DNA from: Escherichia coli | GTDB taxonomy: Bacteria; Pseudomonadota; Gammaproteobacteria; Enterobacterales; Enterobacteriaceae | Assembly: GCF_003334305.1 (NCBI RefSeq) | Contig: NZ_QOWS01000020.1 | DNA length: 64,000 bases | Strand: one strand, 5' to 3' | Shown here: positions 55,815 through 64,000 of the stretch, piece after piece | Position numbering within the stretch: the first letter of the stretch is position 1 | Layout: each line of letters opens with the position of its first letter | Notes under the pieces: model-generated | What the model saw: the letters and a program-made list of their open reading frames with translations, nothing else | What the model was told of the DNA's origin: nothing | Database searches by the model: none | Made by a program: the position numbers and the translations under genes

Positions 55815-56717
55815 ATGTCACAGGTTACTGAAAATAAAGTGATTAGCGCACCGGTGCCGATGACCCCGTTACAGGAGTTCTGGCACTATTTTAAACGCAA
55901 CAAAGGCGCGGTCGTCGGGCTGGTTTACGTCGTCATCGTGCTGTTCATCGCGATCTTTGCCAACTGGATTGCACCCTATAACCCGGCGGAACAGTTCCGC
56001 GATGCACTGCTCGCCCCGCCAGCCTGGCAGGAAGGCGGCAGCATGGCGCACTTGCTGGGCACCGATGACGTAGGCCGTGATGTGCTGTCGCGCCTGATGT
56101 ACGGTGCGCGCCTGTCGCTGCTGGTTGGCTGTCTGGTAGTTGTGTTATCGCTGATTATGGGCGTTATTCTCGGCCTGATCGCCGGTTACTTTGGCGGCCT
56201 GGTCGATAACATCATTATGCGCGTGGTCGATATCATGCTGGCGCTGCCAAGTCTGCTGCTGGCGCTGGTGCTGGTGGCAATTTTCGGCCCGTCGATTGGT
56301 AACGCCGCGCTGGCACTGACCTTCGTTGCCTTGCCGCACTATGTGCGCTTAACCCGCGCCGCCGTGCTGGTGGAAGTTAACCGCGATTACGTCACCGCGT
56401 CTCGCGTGGCGGGTGCCGGGGCGATGCGTCAGATGTTTATTAACATCTTCCCGAACTGCCTTGCGCCGCTGATTGTTCAGGCGTCGCTCGGTTTCTCTAA
56501 CGCCATTCTCGATATGGCTGCTCTTGGTTTCCTCGGCATGGGGGCACAGCCGCCAACGCCGGAGTGGGGCACCATGCTCTCCGACGTGTTGCAGTTCGCG
56601 CAAAGCGCCTGGTGGGTCGTGACCTTCCCGGGTCTGGCGATCCTGCTGACGGTGCTGGCATTTAACCTGATGGGTGACGGTCTGCGTGACGCGCTCGATC
56701 CCAAACTGAAGCAGTAA
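55815..56717 (+). CDS. dppC: dipeptide ABC transporter permease
   Basis: 300-aa polytopic membrane protein in dppABCDF gene order. Confidence 0.9.
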   Translation: MSQVTENKVISAPVPMTPLQEFWHYFKRNKGAVVGLVYVVIVLFIAIFANWIAPYNPAEQFRDALLAPPAWQEGGSMAHLLGTDDVGRDVLSRLMYGARLSLLVGCLVVVLSLIMGVILGLIAGYFGGLVDNIIMRVVDIMLALPSLLLALVLVAIFGPSIGNAALALTFVALPHYVRLTRAAVLVEVNRDYVTASRVAGAGAMRQMFINIFPNCLAPLIVQASLGFSNAILDMAALGFLGMGAQPPTPEWGTMLSDVLQFAQSAWWVVTFPGLAILLTVLAFNLMGDGLRDALDPKLKQ

Positions 56718-56727
56718 GAGGTTCGAG

Positions 56728-57707
<980 letters not shown>

Positions 57708-57711
<4 letters not shown>

Positions 57712-58712
57712 GTACGCAAGAGGCCACCTCGCAACAACCGCTGTTGCAGGCGATTGACCTGAAAAAACATTACCCGGTGAAGAAAGGGATGTTTGCGCCG
57801 GAACGTCTGGTGAAGGCGCTGGACGGCGTTTCGTTTAACCTTGAACGTGGCAAAACGCTGGCGGTAGTGGGCGAATCTGGCTGCGGTAAATCGACCCTCG
57901 GTCGGTTGCTGACGATGATCGAAACGCCCACCGGCGGTGAGCTGTATTACCAGGGGCAGGATCTGCTTAAGCACGATCCGCAGGCGCAGAAGCTGCGTCG
58001 GCAGAAAATCCAGATCGTCTTCCAGAATCCCTACGGTTCGCTGAATCCGCGTAAAAAAGTTGGGCAAATTCTCGAAGAGCCGCTGCTTATTAACACCAGC
58101 TTAAGCAAAGAACAGCGTCGGGAAAAAGCCCTGTCGATGATGGCGAAAGTCGGCCTGAAAACCGAGCATTACGACCGCTATCCGCACATGTTTTCCGGCG
58201 GACAACGTCAGCGTATCGCTATTGCCCGTGGTCTGATGCTCGACCCGGACGTGGTGATTGCCGATGAACCGGTTTCTGCGCTGGACGTCTCGGTGCGCGC
58301 GCAGGTGCTCAACCTGATGATGGATTTGCAGCAGGAACTGGGGCTTTCTTATGTCTTTATCTCGCACGACCTGTCGGTTGTGGAGCACATTGCCGATGAA
58401 GTGATGGTGATGTACTTGGGCCGCTGCGTGGAGAAGGGGACGAAGGACCAAATCTTCAATAACCCGCGTCATCCTTACACTCAGGCGCTGCTCTCCGCGA
58501 CGCCGCGCCTGAACCCGGACGATCGCCGCGAGCGCATCAAGCTCACCGGTGAACTGCCAAGCCCGCTGAATCCTCCGCCGGGTTGCGCCTTCAACGCCCG
58601 CTGTCGTCGACGCTTCGGCCCCTGCACCCAGTTGCAGCCAGCACTGAAAGATTACGGCGGTCAACTGGTGGCCTGCTTTGCCGTTGATCAGGATGAAAAT
58701 CCGCAGCGGTAA
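57708..58712 (+). CDS. dppF: dipeptide ABC transporter ATP-binding protein
   Basis: 334 aa; Walker [10 protein letters not shown]. Confidence 0.9.
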
Positions 58713-58717
58713 TGTTC

Positions 58718-58743
58718 AAAACCGGAGCCTTGTGCTCCGGTTT
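58718..58743. terminator. hairpin between convergent dppF and yhjV (bidirectional terminator candidate)
   Basis: aaACCGGAGCcttgtGCTCCGGTtt read directly; yhjV stop lies within it. Confidence 0.5.
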
Positions 58744-60013
58744 ACTCAATCAGCTTCAACAGTGGCGACAAGCATAGCAAAATGCCGTACAGCAGAATCA
58801 GCCAGGCTTTAAATCCGCGAAGTTTTTCCAGTTGTGCGACTTTATAGATCAGGAAAAACGGAATGAGGCACGACACAATGCCATATAACGGGCTTCCCAA
58901 CTGAAAGAACACCAGCACCGATACACGAAACGAAACCCAAATCGTCAACGTAATGACGATAAAAGCGCAGATCGCCAGAGTCAGCACGCGTGAGTTAATT
59001 TTCTTGGTATCAATAATACGGCTTAACAGATTGAGAATAATGCCTTTAATGGCCTCGTGGAAACCGAGATAAATGCCAAAGAATGCGGTCAGTACGGCAA
59101 AGATATTCAGTACCGTAGAGGTGATATGAATGATATGCCCAGGGATCACCTGCGCGGCCAGTGCCAGTGCCGAGATATTTTGTTCAAAGGCAGAAACGGC
59201 TTCTTCGTGGCTAATTGAGAAGGTAAACGAAAAGGCAAAAAACAGTATCACCGCGATGAGCGTGACATAACTAATTCGGTGGGTACGCAGCGCGAGCCGG
59301 GTTGCCAGTACTTTATCCGCTTCCCGTTTACGATAGGCAATATTCATTGGGTTAAGTACCTGAATAAATACCGCAGAAAAGAAGCAAAAGGGAATGGTAA
59401 GCAGGACATCGTGGAAAAAGACGGAGGCTTGCGGGAAGGCGGTTATATTGGCGAAATTCCAGTGCGGGATCATCGCAAAACCGAACACGACAATAATCCC
59501 TACTTTGACCACCACCATTGGCCCAGAAATCTTAAACAGTAATCGTTCACCACCAGACGCAATCGCCACCAGTACGGCGAAAATAGCGACTTTATAAAGT
59601 AGAGATTGTGAAAGATCGGCATCGGTTAAACCGAAGGTTTTCAGGTACGAGGCGCTGTCGAAAACCACGGAGAGAGAGTAGATAAAAATCCCGTGGATAA
59701 TCATCAAAAAGTAGATAACCCCGAGGAAAATTCCCCAGTTCTTCCCCAGGTAATGACTGATAATATCGGTGTAGTCATTACAGGAATCGCTTTCAGAAAG
59801 GGTTTTTAAATAAATGTCCTGCACTACCCAAGTGGCAGGATAAGCAATGATCGCTGCGGTAATAAATACCCAAATTCCCTTCAAGCCAATTTGTACTGGC
59901 ATCAGCACGGTTCCGGCACCAATCGCCATGCCTATGCATAATAAAACCCAGCCGAAGTCGTAGCGTGTAAACGGCAATTTCTGATCGTGTTTCGGTAGTG
60001 TGTTGTGCTGCAT
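58742..60013 (-). CDS. yhjV: amino acid (HAAAP/serine-type) transporter family protein
   Basis: ORF track extends to 60076; trimmed to ATG 60013 ([32 protein letters not shown]); 423 aa. Confidence 0.8.
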   Translation of the reverse strand: MQHNTLPKHDQKLPFTRYDFGWVLLCIGMAIGAGTVLMPVQIGLKGIWVFITAAIIAYPATWVVQDIYLKTLSESDSCNDYTDIISHYLGKNWGIFLGVIYFLMIIHGIFIYSLSVVFDSASYLKTFGLTDADLSQSLLYKVAIFAVLVAIASGGERLLFKISGPMVVVKVGIIVVFGFAMIPHWNFANITAFPQASVFFHDVLLTIPFCFFSAVFIQVLNPMNIAYRKREADKVLATRLALRTHRISYVTLIAVILFFAFSFTFSISHEEAVSAFEQNISALALAAQVIPGHIIHITSTVLNIFAVLTAFFGIYLGFHEAIKGIILNLLSRIIDTKKINSRVLTLAICAFIVITLTIWVSFRVSVLVFFQLGSPLYGIVSCLIPFFLIYKVAQLEKLRGFKAWLILLYGILLCLSPLLKLIE

Positions 60014-60294
60014 AAAGTCCTGTCCAGAAAGAAGTCGGCCTCGCAAAAATGAATAAACCCAGATTCTCTTGCGCAACAGGTGGAGAAGTCGAATACGCAG
60101 TATGTAAAAAATGAGGCAACAGATTCACTGGGGAGGTCGCGAGGAGGCGCAATTCTACAAAATTGCGCATTTCACTACCAGTCTGGAGTCAGCCCGGATA
60201 TGAACTGCAACTATTGCAAATTAAGAAATTAAGCTGGAAGGCATCACGCAATGAGGAAGATTGCCGGGTGCTGACAGTAAAAAGCAATCGTAAA

Positions 60295-60365
60295 ATCAGC
60301 GGCAAGCCGGAAGGGTTCCGGTGAGGCGCAATGTTGCGGGGGCTTTATCCCTGGTGGCATTGGTT
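60295..60365 (-). ncRNA. rdl: presumptive Rdl-type cis-antisense RNA of LDR copy 1 (approximate)
   Basis: Position inferred from published ldr/rdl architecture (antisense to ldr mRNA 5' leader); minus-strand hairpin CCGGAAcccTTCCGG followed by T-rich run lies here. Confidence 0.25.
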
Positions 60366-60488
60366 GCTGGAGAGAGAAAACCCCCGCACGTTGCAGGTAT
60401 GCACCTGACAACATAACGGGGGCTAATCTTGAACCTAAACAACTCAAGAATAGCCGCGAAACGTTGTCATTACAACACAGGCGGCTAT

Positions 60489-60596
60489 ATGACGCTCGCA
60501 GAGCTGGGCATGGCCTTCTGGCATGATTTAGCGGCTCCGGTCATTGCTGGCATTCTTGCCAGTATGATCGTGAACTGGCTGAACAAGCGGAAGTAA
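60489..60596 (+). CDS. ldr: Ldr-family type I toxin peptide, 35 aa
   Basis: ATG 60489 to TAA 60594-60596: MTLAELGMAFWHDLAAPVIAGILASMIVNWLNKRK. Confidence 0.85.
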   Translation: MTLAELGMAFWHDLAAPVIAGILASMIVNWLNKRK

Positions 60597-60646
60597 CGTG
60601 TCATGCGGGCGTCAGGCTGCCGTAATGGCAATTTGCGCCCGGACCA

Positions 60647-60678
60647 GGCCGCAGGGGTGAAACTCTGCGGCCTTTTTC
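60647..60678 (+). terminator. intrinsic terminator of ldr mRNA, copy 1
   Basis: GGCCGCAGgggtgaaactCTGCGGCCttttt read directly. Confidence 0.75.
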
Positions 60679-60777
60679 GTAAGAAAAATGCAACGGTTGC
60701 AAGCGGATAATATTCTGCGGAATGCGCAGCACAGAGTGAGTAAGTGATGGATTTCGGAACAGAAAAACAGTCGTAGA

Positions 60778-60848
60778 ATCAGCGGCAAGCCGGAAAGGTT
60801 CCGGTAAGGCGCAATGTTGCGGGGGCTTTATCCCTGGTGGCATTGGTT
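60778..60848 (-). ncRNA. rdl: presumptive Rdl-type cis-antisense RNA of LDR copy 2 (approximate)
   Basis: Same reasoning as copy 1. Confidence 0.25.
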
Positions 60849-60971
60849 GCTGGAGAGAGAAAACCCCCGCACGTTGCAGGTATGCACCTGACAACATAAC
60901 GGGGGCTAATCTTGAACCTAAACAACTCAAGAATAGCCGCGAAACGTTGTCATTACAACACAGGCGGCTAT

Positions 60972-61079
60972 ATGACGCTCGCAGAGCTGGGCATGGCCTT
61001 CTGGCATGATTTAGCGGCTCCGGTCATTGCTGGCATTCTTGCCAGTATGATCGTGAACTGGCTGAACAAGCGGAAGTAA
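60972..61079 (+). CDS. ldr: Ldr-family type I toxin peptide, 35 aa (identical to copy 1)
   Basis: ATG 60972 to TAA 61077-61079; identical 108-nt ORF. Confidence 0.85.
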   Translation: MTLAELGMAFWHDLAAPVIAGILASMIVNWLNKRK

Positions 61080-61129
61080 CGTGTCATGCGGGCGTCAGGC
61101 TGCCGTAATGGCAATTTGCGCCCGGATCA

Positions 61130-61161
61130 GGCCGCAGAGGTTAAACTCTGCGGCCTTTTTC
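61130..61161 (+). terminator. intrinsic terminator of ldr mRNA, copy 2
   Basis: GGCCGCAGaggttaaactCTGCGGCCttttt read directly. Confidence 0.75.
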
Positions 61162-61165
61162 GTGC

Positions 61166-62845
61166 TTACTGCGGGTAAGGCACCCAGTCGCCGCCGTTCA
61201 GGCGAACGTACGGTTTATCCTGGTATTGAATAACTACTGCATTTGAGTTCTCGGAGACCGGTGCTGTTTGTGGCAACCCACTGGTGAGTTTTTTCCAGTC
61301 AACATTGTCTTCGGTGAAAATCTTGCCATCAAGAACGCGAACCACCAGATCGGAGATAGCCAGGAAGCTGCTCGGTTGGTCAATGACAATCGGTGCCCCC
61401 TGATGTGGTGCCTTCATGCCGAAGAATTTCACCCCAACGGGGACGTCTGTGATAGACGGGCTAGGGATATCACGTAGGCCAGATACCTGCATTCTGTCGC
61501 CCTTCAGCGCGCCGCCGTGTTCCGGCACCACGACCACCATCACTTTACGACCCGATTTCTCCAGTTCAGTAAAGAAGGCGTCCAGTTCATCAAAGAATTT
61601 CTGCGCCCGCGCTTTGTAATCCGCTGTTTTGCTGACCCCCGGATAATGGTTGCCGTCATGCAGTGGAAGCGTGTTGTAGAACGTGGCACTACGGCTATTT
61701 TTATCTTTTTCGGTAACGTCCAGCCAGCGGTTAAGCACGGCGGTATCGTCATAAACCGGCGAACCATCAAAGCCCAGCAAAATAACCGGCAGATTTGTTT
61801 GATCCATCAATTCAGTCTGCATGCCGCCATTTTCGCGAACTTCTTTCAAAAAACCGCCGAACTGGCCGTTATGCCCCATCATCAGGTGCTGGGTAAAGCC
61901 CAGTTTCGAAAGGTTATCAAACAGATAGCAGTCGTTATTTGCCGGTTGATACAGATTAGTGTGCGAAGTCTGCCCGCAGCTGGCGCGCAGTAAACGGATC
62001 GCCGCCGGGCCACTGTAGGAGGTGGCGGAGTTAAAGTTCTTGAACTCAATATCGAAATGCGACCACAGTGGATGCGACATCAACCCGGCGGCTTCTATAT
62101 CCGACCAGGAAAGCGAACAGATGTTAATCACCAGTAGTTCAAATGGCTGAGCATCAGCGGGCAGCGAAGACGGGAAGGTCGATTTACGTTTCGCCTCCGC
62201 GTTATAGAAATTATTCAGCCAGGCGTTAAGGTTCGCCGTTGTTGGCGGTGCAGTTTGTGCGGGCATATCACCCACTACCGGTGCGCCACCCGTCGCCGCA
62301 ACGGTTGCCGCTGCGTTACCACCCGTCGTTGTTACAGTGGTCGTCGGTTGTCCGGCTGGCCACAAGGAGAAACTTGGTCCCGCCAGGGTAAGTACGCTCA
62401 GCCATAGCAGTATGGCAACCACAAAAACGGTAATGCGAATCCATTGTGACAGGAATAACCAGGCCACTAATAAAACAAAAATGGCCCCAATCATCTGCCA
62501 GTTAATAAAGCGTGTGACAAGGTCGATTAAATAATCGGTACTGAACCCCGCCACCTGCGAACCCTGGCTCATTATGCTTTCCGGGCCAGGCAACCAGGTG
62601 TCATGCCAGAACAAAGCAAAGCCGATCGGCAGGGCAATCCAGTGGCGCAAGCGATGCAGGCTGTAGCGCGGAATGGGCATCAGCAGAAACGCGGCAAACA
62701 CCAAATTGAGGAGCGGATGGAAGTTAAGATATCCCGCCCACAACAGGCCGAACTTAACCAGAAAATAGAAGTTCCAGCCGGAAAGGCCGCGCCAGTATTG
62801 CCAGAGGGAAGAAGGCATGGCGGTATTTTGTGTAAATTGAGTCAT
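61166..62845 (-). CDS. bcsG: cellulose biosynthesis protein BcsG (phosphoethanolamine transferase)
   Basis: 559 aa; N-terminal TM domain plus sulfatase-like domain; overlaps bcsF by 4 nt. Confidence 0.85.
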
Positions 62846-63033
62846 TTTTTGGTTGCCCTAGCTTTTTCCGTGCGGCGTAACGTCCCGGCCGGTTTAACAT
62901 AACGAGGTTTAGCAAAGAACAAACGTAAGGTGTCGCGAATGCGTCGCAAAGAGTGCCGCGCCAGATAGCCCAGCGGGAAAAATATCAGTGCGCAAACGAC
63001 AATAATTTCAATGATATCGCTGATGGTCATCAT
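62842..63033 (-). CDS. bcsF: cellulose biosynthesis protein BcsF
   Basis: 63 aa single-TM protein; overlaps bcsE stop by 4 nt. Confidence 0.8.
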
Positions 63034-64000
63034 GATGAGCGCTCCACAGCATCATCTAACAGTCGCATGGGTTCTGGTATTCGTCGCCAGTGGCGACCAT
63101 CGTGCTCGGCATTGATGACCGGTTTAGAACTTTGCGTTAAAGGCAGCGGCATGCCCCATTGTTCTGGGGCAAGCAAGCGCATCTGCACCAGCTCGGCACT
63201 GATTTGATCATCTTCAAACCAGACCATACGGTTTGAGAAAATGTCGCCAGTAGGCAATGGGAAAATATGATTCAACGCGGTATCCAGATCGTTAATCCGA
63301 CAGAATGAGAGAAACAGCACCAGCCGATTACCGCCAATGGTCATGATATCGCCGGTACGGTTAGGGCGACACAGCGTCAGGGCTTGTTCAACGCGGATAC
63401 CCGGTACCGGACGTAGGGCAACCAGAACGCCTTTACCGTGGGCAGGCAAGAGAGGGTTATTCATCATGTTGTTGACGGCATTACAGAACACATCCCACTT
63501 CTGGAAACCACGCAGTTTGAGCGGCTGGGTCATTGACAGCAAGGTAGTGATATCTTCCGGCACATAGCGACTAAACTTCTGCCCTTGCACGCTTTCGATC
63601 ATCGTCAGACAACGGGAGAGTGGCGCATTCCACGGAATAACCATATTTGCACCGCAGGCCAATAACAAACGTTCATCGGTGGCGCGCAGGCTAGCGGTAT
63701 TTTCCCGCACGAGGATTTTCATCGCACTACCGCGCTGGCGACGCAGGGTATGAATGCTGCGGGCCAGTGGCTCGATTTGCGCATTTTGCTGTAAAGAAAA
63801 GACCACCGTCGCCGCCTGAGCGGTACGGGCTTCATTGAACAGGACTTCGTTATTGTTGAACAGTTGCCAGTGTTCCGATAGCGGCGGCGCACCTTCCAGT
63901 ACAGCAACATTACTCAGAATGCGTTTTTCGTCGCTGCGTGGTTGGATCTCCGCCTCTTCGCTTTGAACTAATGTCCAGATACCATTTTGTTGCTGAACGC
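63030..64000 (-). CDS. bcsE: cellulose biosynthesis protein BcsE (C-terminal part; N-terminus lies beyond the window end)
   Basis: Frame stays open from stop 63030-63032 to the window end (checked codon by codon); track start at 63806 is an internal GTG. Confidence 0.8.

Larger units (their letters stand above)
60240..60722 (+). repeat. LDR (long direct repeat) unit, copy 1: ldr toxin mRNA with leader, ORF and terminator
   Basis: Direct repeat of ~483-bp period; ~387 bp of copy 1 (60294-60680) matches copy 2 (60777-61163) with about 5 substitutions. Confidence 0.8.
60723..61165 (+). repeat. LDR unit, copy 2
   Basis: See copy 1; second unit ends 2 nt before the bcsG stop codon. Confidence 0.8.

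Noticed and set aside
60244-60447. 67-aa minus-strand ORF in LDR copy 1 (and its twin at 60601-60930 in copy 2)
   Set aside because: The shared N-terminus is simply a consequence of repeated DNA; the frames run antisense through the ldr leader with no translation signals. The real coding unit is the 35-codon plus-strand ldr ORF.

Overview
This window reads as a contiguous stretch of Escherichia coli-type chromosome, collinear (in reverse orientation) with the K-12 region from rhsA/yibF/selAB through aldB, the yiaK-S operon, xyl, glyQS, cspA, bisC, proK and dppABCDF to bcsEFG. All gene identities come from reading the supplied translations and the DNA itself; no database search was run, and all statements about the K-12 reference are from memory. 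I support about 60 protein genes, one tRNA-Pro(CGG), three REP/BIME repeat clusters, several intrinsic terminators, the cspA promoter and 5' UTR, and two type I toxin-antitoxin loci (mokA/hokA/sokA and ldr/rdl). Three things differ from my recollection of the K-12 reference: the ldr/rdl unit is present as two tandem copies between yhjV and bcsG, the hokA locus has no IS150 next to it, and the hokA reading frame runs 78 codons instead of stopping near codon 50. I do not see convincing evidence of a wholly new biological system. The least characterised elements are the yiaW-yiaV-yiaU-yiaT cluster (a membrane-fusion protein with no transporter in cis), a small transmembrane ORF between aldB and yiaW, a 345-bp ORF-bearing spacer between yiaT and sgbE, and a tRNA T-arm-like fragment downstream of proK. 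There are no CRISPR arrays, integrases, transposases or prophage genes in the window.
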